Source of the DNA: Phyllobates terribilis
Taxonomy: Eukaryota
Length of the DNA stretch: 64,000 bases
Direction of reading: 5' to 3'
Assembly (NCBI RefSeq): GCF_046119375.1
Contig: NW_027362772.1
Location: forward strand, 229,648,001 to 229,712,000
Below, in pieces: positions 36,422 through 49,621 of this stretch; position 1 is the stretch's first letter, and every line of letters starts with the position of its first letter. The translations under genes and the position numbers were made by a program. The notes under the pieces were generated by a model. It did no database searches. It saw nothing but the letters and a program-made list of their open reading frames with translations, and was not told where the DNA came from.

Positions 36422-36440
36422 TAGCGCTCCCTGGTGGCCA
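36422..36440 (-). promoter_or_regulatory. Putative CTCF site
   Basis: Reverse complement TGGCCACCAGGGAGCGCTA differs at one base from the consensus TGGCCACCAGGGGGCGCTA. Confidence 0.45.
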
Positions 36441-37482
36441 AATTATCATGGAAACAAATATGAGTTTTTCAGGCTACAAAACAGGACAAGGGGTGGAAGG
36501 ACTGAATCATGTTCTGAATCGGGAGCGCACTGCTCCCCTGTCTCCTGGCCTCCTGCTTTCCGGGGGCGGTAAGCTCCTGAAGATTGACAGTGCGGACCAG
36601 CGGCATCGTTGCACTTCTGTCCTGAACTGTGTGCTCTCTGATGCGATGATATCAGACAATATTGCCTTTGCACCATCAGAGGAGTGCAGTGGCACAGAAG
36701 CGATCCAACCAGCTTCAGAGCAGGGCTTACAAGGTCTATAGCACAGAGCTTACAAGCGCTGCGCTTATTGATTAGGAAGCAATGGTCAGTAACCAAGGCA
36801 ACGAGCAGTAAACAATACAATTAAATACCCCTCCATTTTTGAGAGCGGAGAGGATAGGTAAATTGCAAAATTGCTTGCTTTTAGAACCACTTTCCAATTG
36901 TAACCATTTATAATGAGATTAACCCTTTGAATCAGTCACAAAAGATCACATTTAATAAATATTTTATTAAATATTTAATAAATATTTGTAATAAATATTT
37001 TGTTAGAATTAGTTCTCTAAAGGATTTGCATATAAAGAAAGGATACTTTCTTTATATGCAAATCCTTTATAATGTGATCTTTTGTAAGTTAGTTAGGATT
37101 TTTGCTCTGAAGGACCCTGATGCTTCTCCTGCAGTGAAGAATATTTTAGGAGAATAAAACTGCTATATAGTAGGTCCACTGTCTGCTGGAGACATGGGAA
37201 TTACGCTACTTGTAGTTCTAAAACTGTCCTCTAGGGGGCCTCATAAGCCTTTCTTAGAAAATACATAAGGTCATAAGGAAGTCACATGGATTTTCAAATA
37301 TACACAATCCATAGCAGCAAATGTACGAGCAGAAACCCAAAAAAATCCCAAGTGCTGCACAGACTGCGGATTTCATACATTTTCATCTTTTCTCTACATC
37401 CAAACATTTAGAAACAAATTAGCATTTGTCATAATTGTCCTTCTCCAAATGGCATAAAGGGATGGATGAGGAGTCATAGGTT

Positions 37483-37858
37483 TAAAAGGGTTTTTTTTTT
37501 GTTTCAGAAAACCCCTGTCCTCGGCTGTAGTTTGTTTAAAAACAAAACCAAAGTGTGCTCGTCTCACCCTCCCTGGGCCCAGCACTGAGTTTCCACCACT
37601 GCTCTAGGTGTCTAATATTGCCTGCAGCGCTGATAGCACGTCGCCAGCGCTGCAGCCAATAAGTGAGCTCAGCGGCTCATGCCGTCAACATGCCATCAGT
37701 GCTGCAGACAATAACAGACACAGAGCAGTGATAGAGACTCAGCGCTGGACCTGGGGAGGTTGAGAAAAGCACTGTTTGTGTTTTTTTTTTTGTTTTTTTT
37801 TTAATAAAACAAACTGCATCCAAAGGACATGTTTTTTTTTATACTGGAAACACCTTTA
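37483..37858. mobile_element. TTAA MITE, degenerate
   Basis: ttaa-bounded and palindromic around gcagcgctg...cagcgctgc. Confidence 0.45.
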
Positions 37859-38272
37859 AGTCTATATGTTCCCCATTTATGAGGTTGCAAAAGGTGAAAT
37901 TGTCACTAGGGCTCTATACAAAGGAGCCATTATTTGTGTGGCAGGAAGTTTTGGATACAGACATATGGTACTGATGCCTAGACGTATCTGCCATTCAGGA
38001 ACCTGGGAAAGCTGGATGACAACTCATTAGGAGATGCAGTGGTTGGTTGTAACCTTGCTTTCCCGGTAAGCATTATTTGCTGTCAGTATCCTGTGGAAAA
38101 TAGGGAAATTACTGTCTATAACTCGGAGGGTATATTGTGTAATATTCTGCTGTCAAAGCTCCCTGGTGGGCTGCAGCCTGATACAAGGATAATCATCTGC
38201 ACCTTATCTGATAGCAATCTATGTTCTCCAGAAATGACTCATTCGTCTTATTATTTAATTTACTTCCTGCAG

Positions 38273-38333
38273 AGAGAAGAAAGCGGCAGGGCTGAAGATA
38301 ACGAAGAAGAAGACCCGGAGACGGCACACCGAT
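38273..38333 (+). CDS. plekhg5: PLEKHG5 coding exon C (G-EKKAAGLKITKKKTRRRHTD)
   Basis: Matches [21 protein letters not shown]. Acceptor ttcctgcAG at 38271-38272, donor GTAAG at 38334. 61 nt, phase 2 in and phase 0 out. Confidence 0.9.
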
Positions 38334-41284
38334 GTAAGGATATACACTATATATATATGTGTGTGTGTGCTTAAAGGGGTCTGACCATTACTTTAAATCT
38401 AGGATATTTATGATCCATGTGGATCCTTCTGCCAGGATTCACTCAGATCACTGGATTAAAGAAGCAGTGTTGCTAGGTAAAGCACAGTGGCCATTTCCAT
38501 TTTTTTTTTAATATGGCACCAGTTCCATCTCTTCAGAAACAATCATAGATGGGGCTGTGTTTCGAAGTCCTGCACATTACCTCAAGGGAGAATTCAGTGA
38601 ATCCTTTAATGATCTATGGGGTCCCAGCAATCGGACTCCCACCAAACAATAAGCTATGGCATATCCTGGGACTTTCCCCTGATTAATCTTTTCTGCGAGC
38701 AGCATCAGATAAAGAATAGTTCACAAAAGTATTTTCCTGAGCATACCTGCACCTACAGGTAACCCTGAGCCTCCGTACACCTGCCGGTCACGGGTTATTA
38801 GACAAATGACACAAACCATGAGCAGGTTTCCACTAAGCTGCATACTAATATCACGCTGGCAATACGTTATTGCATTTTGTAGAATTTGAGGTCTCCTTAT
38901 CATTCGTGGTATTTTTGCCTGGTCTAGTGTCTAATGATCATCCTGGACTCTATGAGAATACATATTACCTAAACTGATACATTGTAGCAAATATCGCTCA
39001 CAGAGGATTGCCTACACTCAGTCTCAGAATGGCAAAGATCCACCAGTAACATTGATTCTTGGTGTCCACTGTTCAACTACATGTAAAAAAGACCTGACCC
39101 TAGTATACAAATGTATTTTTGCTTCTATGTAATATTAATTTGGCAAGCTTGTTTAATGAAGAATTAGGTGATACCTTTTTCTGGAAATTAAGAATCAAGT
39201 GTAATAGCACTGCTGTTCAGCACTCCTTCACAGGGGCGGCCTACCGGAGGATTCTCCTGTTCACCAGACGGCCAGTCCGAGCCTGCCTACACTAGTATAT
39301 CTTTAGCAAGCCCTCAACCATGAAAGTGTTGGGTCTATAGATTTTAGCTTCCATTCACTAATGGCAAGTAAAGATTCTGAAATGGCAAAGAATTGACACA
39401 ATACAATTGTGATAGACTTTTGTGATGTAGATTTCAGGGGCTCACAGTAACATTTCGTGCCATGTACAGTAATATTGTTGTCTATAAGAGCACAAAACCA
39501 TGCACAAATATTATTATATGGTGTCAATATTGCAGCCATTCTCCATGAATTTGGTAAAGTGCAAATTTTTACAACCCCAGACTCACGAGGAGTCATCCAC
39601 CATGGCTGAATGGACTGTCCTTCCCTCCGGTCATTGGAGCTGGCCATACACATTGGATAGCTGTCGGATGATTGATCATACAGCCACAGCTATCTTCCCC
39701 GATTCCTCCCATACAAGAACGCATGGCTTGGCCGAGTATTTCCATGTTCTCTACGATACAGTTGCTGCCTGAATCATTTGGTAGCGGTGTAGCTCTGCAC
39801 CGAACAATAGGATCGCTTGCTGAAATGAAACAAGCTGGATATTTTAACCCCCAATATCATTATTGGGGGCGAGTCAGGAGGCCCCCATACACAATAGATG
39901 GTCTTCCGATACCTCTGAAAACGACAGGTTTGGTTGACTTATCTAAGATATATGGGGACCTTTAGATGTTGTGGCCGTAAATACTTAAGGTGCATTTACA
40001 CTGCACGATCATTGGGAGAGTCACAGGCCTCTCATACAGCCAAATCAGATCTCATGCTTTGCACTGAGGAAGAGCAACACCCCGAAACATGGTTTGGCTT
40101 TTCTCCTAAATCATATGACAAGGCTCATTAAAGGGTCGATATTGACATTTAAAATTGCTACTTCCAATAGGTGGCGCTACAGTTCAAGTCCTCTTCCTCT
40201 CTTAGGAGACAATTTGCATATCTTATTTATAAGATTCACTTACCTCTGTGATATTTTCCGCTATATACAGTAAAAGAAAAATTATTGATTATATTGTTAC
40301 AAAAAGTAGAAGTGTTGTCCCTAGCTGTCAATCAGATCAATTATTCAATTTCTAGCACAGGCAATTTTTAACATTTTTTTTTTATATATAGAAAAAGTCA
40401 ATTGAGGGTCAAATTGATTTCTTTATTCATGAAAACTGTCATCGATACTAATTGAAAAAAATACTTGGGTACCAGTAGGAAAAGTACAGGTATCTTATTT
40501 ATTTGGACTAGGAGTCACAGTATACTAAGCTTCATTTTCTTAGTACAGTTGAAGGGTGGCCAGACCAGACTGAAGAAGAGTTGATCCGTCCCTGCCCTAT
40601 GGGTGTGGTAGTAAAATGTGGCATCATGACATCACTCCATGAGTTCATAGTTGCTCACCTTTTATCTCAAGGTGTGATTTCCTCTACGCACCTACAGTAG
40701 TCGGCCACCTACTAGTTTACAAACACCTGGCTCATCTATAAAGTTCTATGTATTAAGGTCATTGCTAGGGTCTTAATAGCCCGAAACGATGAGTAATATA
40801 TGTATATAATAGTAGTTATTATCTAAAAAATGGTGCTATACCAGGACTAAATATTACCTACAAAAAGGGAAAGTCAGCTCACCCACTGAAACATTCGGAG
40901 GCACGGAAACTCATGGTGCAAGGAGGAGCAGTTAGGAAGGGTCTTCCGATAAAATCAAAATGTATTTATTGTAGAAAAACATTTGCAGTTATACAACACC
41001 ACAGTGAACACGTTTCAGACAGGGTCTTTAATCAATCATTAACTCGTTTCAGACAGGGTCTTTAATCAAATATTAAAGACCCTGTCTGAGACGCGTTTGC
41101 CCCCTTCACTGCAGTGTTGTATAACTGCAACTGTTTTAATGTTTTTCTGCAATAAATATATTGTGATTTTATTGGAAGACCCTGGGAGCTGGATTCTTTT
41201 TCTTCCCTAAATATTATCTATATTCTGTTTTTAACACAGCATATCATACAAAGACAATTGTTTCCAATAATGCCGCTATGTACC

Positions 41285-41861
41285 TGTCACGGGTGTGTCA
41301 GATGTAACAGACAGTCTCTCTGCATCTGGCTGCAGAAGGTCACTGCGTTTGGCAATGCAGACTCCTTCTTAATCCTTCTCACTTTTGGACCCAGCAGCTA
41401 CCTCCCTCCTGCTCTGATTGACACACCCTGGTCTGGGTGTTTGTAAACTCTCAGATCTGCAGGGAGTCGCCGGTGATATTCACATTTTCCCTTGTGAAGG
41501 CTTGGAGCTATAGCAGTTGACTAGCTTCCTCTCTGGTGCCCTTGGAGGACATTTGGTGTTATCTCTCTCGTGTCTGCTCAAGCTAAGTTTTCCCCCCTTT
41601 GTTTCTCTCCCTTGTTTTTAGTTTATAGTGGGGACTGACCAGTGCTTATCCCCCCTCCCTATCTAGGGCCTAGCTCTAGAGATATACAAGGCTTAGGTAT
41701 CATGTTCAGCAATTGGTGTGGAACCAATATAGGGACGATAGGGGAGACAGGGTGTTATTAGATCTGTCTAGGGGTCTCCACTCCCCCTTTCCCTAGTGTC
41801 TGGGCTTTCTTCCCGTCATCCCTTCGTGTTGCACTTAGTCTTTCCCACACTGTGCATGACA
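41285..41861 (+). mobile_element. Probable solo LTR (Gypsy-like, 577 bp)
   Basis: TGTCAC...ATGACA termini with near-perfect 5-bp TSD gtacc/atacc. Confidence 0.6.
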
Positions 41862-42893
41862 ATACCTATATATACTACATATCACTATAAATTGAGTTAT
41901 TATACCACCAAACTGTTACTAAATGAAATAAACACTATTAAAAAAATATTACAGCCACACAGTGACCATATAGTGGTAGATAGTATTTCTGGAGTATTTC
42001 TGATTGGAGTCATTCACTTTTTCTGTCTTTCCCATCTGGCCCAGACGGCCTTGACGACCTCTTGATAATGTTTGTCTGCAAAGTTTAGCAATATGCATAC
42101 TTGGGATGCATAAGGAGCTTTCCCCATCTATACTGTAATGTCGCCATAGGCCCCAATCACCAGACGGAGGCTGAATATATGTTCTTTCCGCCTCTGTTTG
42201 GCAGGTATGCTTTTCATTGTATAGGAAAGTGCCACAGACCCCAACCACCTGCACCAGAACCTGCTGCCTATGCAGCTTACAAGACAGAGAGTAGTGGGGC
42301 AAGGAGCCTGTTGCTCTCTGCTCTACCTCAGGATCAAGCTGTATTTGCATCATGTTGATGATGATACAATTCAAAGTGGCGCTCACCAGAGATCTGGGAC
42401 ACTGGGAGAGAAGTCCTAGGGTCTTTACCGGTTCTTTGGCGCTGGTGATGCCACTACTGTGTACTCAATGACAATTTACCATAATTCATCCCCTAAAACG
42501 CCCATCCATATTATAGTTTTACATGCTTTGTTCTAAAAGGCCTGCATTGTAACATGGTGATTGACAGCTAACTGTACATGAGCTAAAGATAACATTCCCT
42601 GATGGATACAGACGTAGGTCTGAATCGCTGCCAGTTCATACAATGGAGGAGCTGAATTTTCCAGCACATGAACATCTGTGTGTCAGGATGAGCGGAGTGA
42701 TAGCTGTGACTTACCCTGAGAACCCTGCCTGCACGGCCAGAAACTCTACCTCTCGGTATTACTTCCTTATGTAGACGGTGATTGATTTGTGATTATTTGC
42801 ATATCCAGGATACAATGTAACACTATAAAAATATCCTCTATCCACTCTGCATAACACCAACCCTCTCTGTGTGTCCATCCAGACATAACTTAA

Positions 42894-43365
42894 AGGGAAC
42901 CTGTCAGAAATTTCTACGCCCCCAAAACCATTTATATGACCATGTAGCCCTTTAAAAGTTAAGCACGTCAATCTGTTTATGACCCCAAAATGATGCTCTC
43001 GCAGCGAAGAATCACATTTTGTAGTTCAGTATTTATGTGTCTGTAAGCGCATTGGGGTGTGAGGATGCACTTACAGCTCCTCAGCCTCATGCTGTATTCC
43101 CTGCCTAGCGTCACCCTTTTCTGGATGATTGACGGGTCATTGGCTCTGATACACTGCAGGGAATACAGCTTGAGGCTGAGGAGCTGTAAGTGCATCCTCA
43201 TACCCCAATGCACTTCCTGACACATATATACAGAAAATTAAAATGTAATTTCTCGCCGCTGGAGCATCTCTTTGGGGGCATAACGGGATCGACTTGCTTA
43301 TCCTTTAAAGGGCAACACAGATGTATAAATTGTTTGGGGGTGTAGAAGTTTCTAACAGGTTCTCT
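42894..43365. mobile_element. TTAA MITE
   Basis: ttaa|agggaacctgtcag...aacaggttctct|ttaa termini with a palindromic interior. Confidence 0.7.
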
Positions 43366-43369
43366 TTAA

Positions 43370-43810
43370 AGAGAATCTCTCACCAAGTTTTTGCTACCGC
43401 ATCTGAGAGCAGCCTGGTATAGGGGCGTAGACCCTGATTCCAGCGATGTGTCAATTACTGGGCTGCTTTCTGCAGTTTTTATAAAACCACTGTTTTATCT
43501 GCTGCAGATTTACCAATTCTCTATATAACCTCGCCCACACCACTGATTGTCAGCTTTCTGTGTACACTGTGCATAGGCAGAAAGCTGCCAATCAGTGGTG
43601 GGGACGGGTTATACAGAGCTCATGAATATAGAGGACTACCTGGCAGCAGGTTTACTAGTCCTATAGTGATAATCTCCTGCTGATTAAAACAGGGATTTTA
43701 TCAAAACTATAGCAAGCAGCCCAGTAAGTGAGATCACTGGAATCAGGGTCTCTGCCTCTACATTTTGCTGCTCTCAGATTAGTTGGCAAAATTCTGCAGA
43801 CAGATTCCCT
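43370..43810. mobile_element. TTAA MITE (different family), sharing a TTAA with the previous element
   Basis: ttaa|agagaatct...agattccct|ttaa termini with a palindromic interior. Confidence 0.7.
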
Positions 43811-43838
43811 TTAAGGTTCAATGCTTTAGTGTAAGATA

Positions 43839-45459
43839 CAGTTATATGAAAAAGTTTGGGCACCCCTATTAATCTTAAGCTTAATGTTTTATAAAAATTG
43901 GTGTTTTTGCAACAGCTATTTCAGTTTGATATATGTAATAACTGTTTCTGCCTTGAAATGAGGTTTATTGTACTAACAGAAAATGTGTAATCTGCATTCA
44001 AACAAAATTTGACAGGTGCATAAGTATGGGCACCCTTATCATTTTCTTGTTTTAAATACTCCTACCTACTTTTTACTGACTTACTAAAGCACTTTTTTTG
44101 GTTTTGTAACCTCATTGAGCTTTGAACTTCATAGCCAGGTGTATGCAATCATGAGAAAAGCTACTTAAAGTTGTTCTCCTGTTTGAATCTCCTCTGAAGA
44201 GTGGCATCATGGGCTCCTCAAAACAACTATCAAATGATCTGAAAACAAAGATTATTCAACATAGTTGTTCAGGGGAAGGATACAAAAAGCTGTCGCAGAG
44301 ATTTAACCCGTCAGTTTCCACTGTGAGGAACCTAGTAAGTAAATGGAAGAACACAGGGACAGTTCTTGTTAAGACCAGAAGTGGCAGGCCAAGAAAAACA
44401 TCAGAAAGGCAGAGAAGAAGAATGGTGAGATCAGTCAAGGACAATCCTCAGACCACCTCCAGAGAGCTGCAGCATCAACTTGCTGCAGGTGGTGTCACTG
44501 TGCATCGGTCAACTATACAACGCACTTTGCACAAGGAGAAGCTGTATGGGAGAGTGATGTGAAAGAAGCCGTTTCTGCAAGCACGCCACAAACAGAGTCG
44601 GCTGAGGTATGCAAAAGCATATTTGGAGAAGTCAATTTCTTTTTGGAAGAAGGTCCTGTGGACTGATGAAACCAAGATTGAGTTGTTTGGTCATACAAAA
44701 AGGCGTTATGCATGGCGGCAAAAAAACACAGCATTCCAAGAAAAACACTTGCTACCCACAGTAAAATTTGGTGGAGGTTCCATCATGCTTTGGGGCTGTG
44801 TGGCCAATGCCGGCACTGGGAATCTTGTTAAAGTTGAGGGACGCATGGATTCCACTCAGTATCAGCAGATTCTTGACAATAATGTTCAAGAATCAGTGAT
44901 AAAGTTGAAGTTACGCAGGGGATGGATCTTTCAGCAAGACAATGATCCAAAACACCGCTCCAAATCTACTCAGGCATTCATGCAGAGGAACAATTACAAT
45001 GTTCTGGAATGGCCATCCCAGTCCCCAGACCTGAATATTATTGAACATCTGTGGGATCATTTGAAGAGGGCTGTCCATGCTCGGTGACCATCAAACTTAA
45101 CTGAACTGGAATTGTTTTGTAAAGAGGAATGGTCAAAAATACCTTCATCCAGGATCCAGGAAATCATTAAAAGCTCCAGGAAGCGACTAGAGGCTGTTAT
45201 TTTTGCAAAAGGAGGATCTACTAAATATTAATGTCACTTTTCTGGTGAGGTGCCCATACTTATGCACCTGTCAAATTTTGTTTGAATGCAGATAGCACAT
45301 TTTCTGTTAGTACAATAAACCTCATTTCAAGGCAGAAACATTACTGTGTCCAACAGTTATTACATATATTAAACTGAAATAGCTGTTGCAAAAACAACAA
45401 TTTTTATAAAACATTAAGCTTAAGATTAATAGGGGTGCCCAAACTTTTTCATATAACTG
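43839..45459 (+). mobile_element. Tc1-family transposon (DD34E), full length; transposase 44209-45230 broken only by two TGA codons
   Basis: TIR cagttatatgaaaaagtttgggcacccc and reverse complement, TA TSD. GRPRK, WTDE, QDND and IEHLW motifs all in one frame, with stops at 44560 and 45085. Confidence 0.96.
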
Positions 45460-46394
45460 TATGTATTCACATACTAATGTATTTATGTGGCGAAGGGGTC
45501 TTTGGGCCCCCTCACAACCTAGGACCTGGGTGTCACTGACAACTGCACCTCATATAGCTACACTCTTGTCTGTATTTAGCTTATTGGAATAGTCTTGCAA
45601 ATCAATAAAGCCCAGGCAAGTCATGGAGTACTGCGGGCAATACATAGATGATGTCCTGTGGCACATGTGGGTACAGCATGCCAGTAAGGCCTGTTACATG
45701 CCACGTTTTTGTTGTGCACTTGACAAAACCGTTTGTACTGTAAAACAACTGATTTGTATGCACTTAGAATATAATGGGAAAAACTTATGTGAAATGGGTA
45801 TCTGTTTGACACGTTTGTGAACCTATCCACTTTGTTCCAGTTTTTACTGGATGCAAAAATCACAGCCCACTTTAAAAACAAAAACAAATGAAAAACACAT
45901 TTCTTTTTTATAACATTACACTTTAAGGAAGACGAATGCAAACATATTATACATTTGCATTCTTTTTTTCATTTTTATTTATTTTTTTATTATTTGATCT
46001 CCTGACACTCCTCCCAGATCATTATAAAAAATAAACGGATCCATTTTTTTTTTTTTAAGAAAAACGGATGCAGCTTATATAAAAGGATGTACTTGCTTTA
46101 AAATGCATCTGTTTGCATCAGTTTTACAACAGATCAGGGTTTTTTTGCGAAATAAAAAATATTGAAGATTAGAAAACCTAGGTGTGAAACAGACCTGTGG
46201 AGCTGTCTATAATACCGCTTGTAGCTATTAACCAATATGCATTTGGTCCTGACATTGTTCATCTGGTGCTCTGTTAGATCAGTCACACTGCAAGAGGATC
46301 AGGCAACAGTTAATCATGGGAGGCTGTGCTGTATTAAGCTATATCTGCTCAAGCACAGCAGATAGGGCAGCCGAGAAGACATGACTGCCACTAT

Positions 46395-46637
46395 GTGACC
46401 TTATATCGCTCCATTCACTCCTTATATCCCTCCTTTCACTCCTCATATCCCTCCATTCACTCCTTATATCGCTCCATTCACTCCTTATATCCCTCCGTTC
46501 ACTCCTTATATCCCTCCTTTCACTCCTCATATCCCTCCATTCACTCCTTATATTGCTCCTTTCACTCCTTATATCCCTCCGTTCACTCCTTATATCCCTC
46601 CTTTCACTCCTCATATCCCTCCATTCACTCCTTATAT
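46395..46637. repeat. 21-bp minisatellite (cactccttatatccctccgtt), left block
   Basis: About 11 units, same unit and orientation as 50901-51415. Confidence 0.95.
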
Positions 46638-46712
46638 CATAGAATAGAATGGTAGAGTTGGAAGGGACCTCCTGGTTCATCTGGTCCAACCCCCTGCTCA
46701 AAGCAGGATTCA

Positions 46713-49499
46713 CTAAATCATCTCAGACAGATGTCTGTCCAGCCTCTGTTTGAAGACGTCCATTGAAGGGGAACTCACCACCTCTCGTGGCAGCCTGTTC
46801 CACTCATTAATCACCCTAACTGTCAAAAAGTTTTTTCTAATATCTAATCTGTGTCTCCTCCCATTTAGTTTCATCCCATTGCTTCTAGTCTTTCCTTGTG
46901 CAAATGAGAATAAAGATGATCCTTCTACAATGTGACAGCCCTTGACATATTTGTAGACAGCTATTAAGTCTCCTCTCAGTCTTCTTTTTTGCAAGCTAAA
47001 CATTCCCAAATCCTGCAACCGTTCCTCATAGGACATGGTTTGCAGACCAGTCACCATTCTGGTCGCTCTTCTCTGAACTTGCTCCAGTTTGTCGATGTCT
47101 TTTTTAAAATGTGGTGCCCAAAACTGTACACAGTATTCCAGATGAGGTCTGACCAAAGAGGAGTAAAGACCGATAATGACTTCACGTGATCTAGACTGTA
47201 TGCTTCTGTTAATACATCCCAGAATTGTATTTGCCTTTTTTGCTGCTGCATCACACTGTTGACTCATGTTCAGTCTATGATCTATTAGTATACCTAAGTC
47301 TTTTTCACATGTACTGTTGCTTAGCTCTATTCCTCCCATTCTGAATATGCTTTTTTCATTTTTATTGCCCAGATGTAGTACTTTGCATTTTTCCCTGTTA
47401 AAAACCATTCTGTTGGTTGCTGCCCACTGCTCCAGTTTATTTAGGTCTTTTTGAATCCCCTCTCTCTCTTCTCTAGTATTAGCTATCCCTCCTAGCATTG
47501 TGTCATCAGCAAATTTAATCAGTTTACCCTCAATTCCTTCATCTAAATCATTGATAAAGATGTTGAACAATACAGGTCCCAGGACAGAGCCCTGTGGTAC
47601 CCCACTTGAGACATTCATCCAGCTGGATGTGAAGCCATTTACAACCACCCTTTGAGTCCGATCACTAAGCCAGTTATGAATCCACCTAACAGTTGCCTGG
47701 TCCATTGCATACTTGGTCATTTTTTCAATAAGGATGGTGTGAGATACTTTGTCAAATGCTTTGCTGAAGTCAAGATATACTATATCTACAGCATTTCCCT
47801 GATCCACCCAGTCAGTGATTCTGTCATAGAAGGAAATTAAGTTAGTCTGACATGACTTGTTAGTTACAAACCCATGCTGACTCTGGTTAATCACTTCATT
47901 CTTATCCATGTACTTACATACATGTTGTTTAATAATTTGTTCAAAGATCTTTCCTGGTATAGAAGTCAGACTCACCGGCCTATAGTTCCCTGGGTCCACC
48001 TTCTTCCCCTTTTTGAAGATAGGAACATTTGCTCTTCTCCAGTCTTCTGGGACTTCTCCTGTTCTCCAAGAATTTTCAAAGATTATGGAGAGTGGTTCTA
48101 AAATTTCTTCTACGATCTCCTTCAGTACTCTGGGGTGTAATTCATCTGGACCTGGAGACTTGAACTCATTTATGTTAGCTAAATATTCCCTCACAATCTT
48201 TCTGTTTACAGATAACTTGGATTCCTCTATTCCTTTAAAAGGACAGTGAAGATCAGTTGATCTTACATTTTCTTTCTGAGAGAAAACAGATGCAAAATAG
48301 GAGTTAAAAAGTTCGGCCTTCTCAACATCCTCTCTTACCATTTCTCCATTTTCATCCTGTAAAAATCCTATAGCATCTTTGACTTTACTTTTACTTTTGA
48401 CATACCCCCAAAATCCTTTTTTATTGCTTTTGACATCTCTTGCAAGCCTTAATTCATTGTCAGCTTTAGCTAACCTGATACGTGCCCTGCAGGATCTGCA
48501 GACTGCATTATAATCTTCTTTAGATATGCCTCCCTCTTTCCATTTAATAAACATTTCTTTCTTTCTTTTTAGCATGTGTTTAAGTTCTGTGTTCATCCAT
48601 CCTGGTTTCCTTAAATGCTTCCCATTCTTCCTACTTTTCGGGATTGTTAACGATTGTGCTTTGAGAATCTAATTTTTAAAAATTTCCCATCCTTCCTGGA
48701 CATTTTTGTCCTTAAGGACATCCAGCCATTGGATCCCTCCTATTCTCTTTCTGAGTCTCTTAAAATCTGCCTTTCTAAAATCTAACCTTGAAGTTTGAGT
48801 CTTCACATGTCTTCCTCCTCTAGTTATCCAAAATTCTATAATAGCATGATCGCTGCCTCCTAGGGTCCCAGCCACCTTTACCTCCTCAACCATTTCCTCC
48901 CTGTTTATAAGGATTAGATCCAAAGTAGCAGATCCCCTTGTTTTCTCCCCTACCTTTTGGAAGATAAAGTTGTCAGCAAGAGAGGATAAGAATTTGCTTG
49001 ACCTGTTAGTTTTACTTGAGAGAGATTCCCAACAAATGTCTGGATAGTTGAAATCTCCCATGACCACTACGTCATATTTTTTGGAGAACTTGGTCATTTG
49101 ATACATAAAGAGTTCATCCATATCTTCAGCTTGCCCAGGTGGCCTGTAGTAAATGCCTACAATGGTGTCCTTTCCGTTGTTCTCTCCTTGTATTCTTACC
49201 CAAACAGTTTCCACAGAACTCCCAGTCTCTGAAGCTTCAATCTCTGTGCAGATATACGCTTTTCTAACATACAATGCGACACCTCCTCCTCGTTTATCAA
49301 GTCTGTTTCTTGCAAATAAGTTGTATCCTTTTAGCCTTTTATTCCAATCATGTGTATCGTCCCACCAAGTTTCAGTGATTCCAATGACATCATATTTCTT
49401 TTCCTGCATTAGTAGTTCCAATTCTCCTTGTTTGTTGCCCATGCTTTGTGCATTTGTATAAAAACATTTTAGTTTGTGATTGGTTTCTCTTCCTCCCAT
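46713..49499 (-). pseudogene. CR1 ORF2 (APE endonuclease plus reverse transcriptase), one in-frame TAG at 48671-48669
   Basis: NAQS, ITETW, YRPP, GDFN and SDH endonuclease motifs. GVPQGSVLGP and FADD RT motifs. The two ORF-track pieces are in the same frame. Confidence 0.93.
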
Positions 49500-49621
49500 A
49501 TTTTTATTATTTAAATTGTTTTGTCTTTGTTCTTCCCTTCCACTTCCAGTAGCAGAGATCTCAATAGTATTTGTCAGCTGTATGGCTTTTTCTGGCCTTT
49601 TGCTTCCCTTCCCACATTGTT

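Noticed and set aside
36448-36741. 97-aa ATG ORF in intron B-C
   Set aside because: No recognisable homology or splice structure, and the length is compatible with chance.
46339-46713. ORF overlapping the CR1 ORF2 stop and running into DIRSERR repeats
   Set aside because: GTG start that crosses the CR1 3' tail into the flanking minisatellite, so it is a chance fusion.
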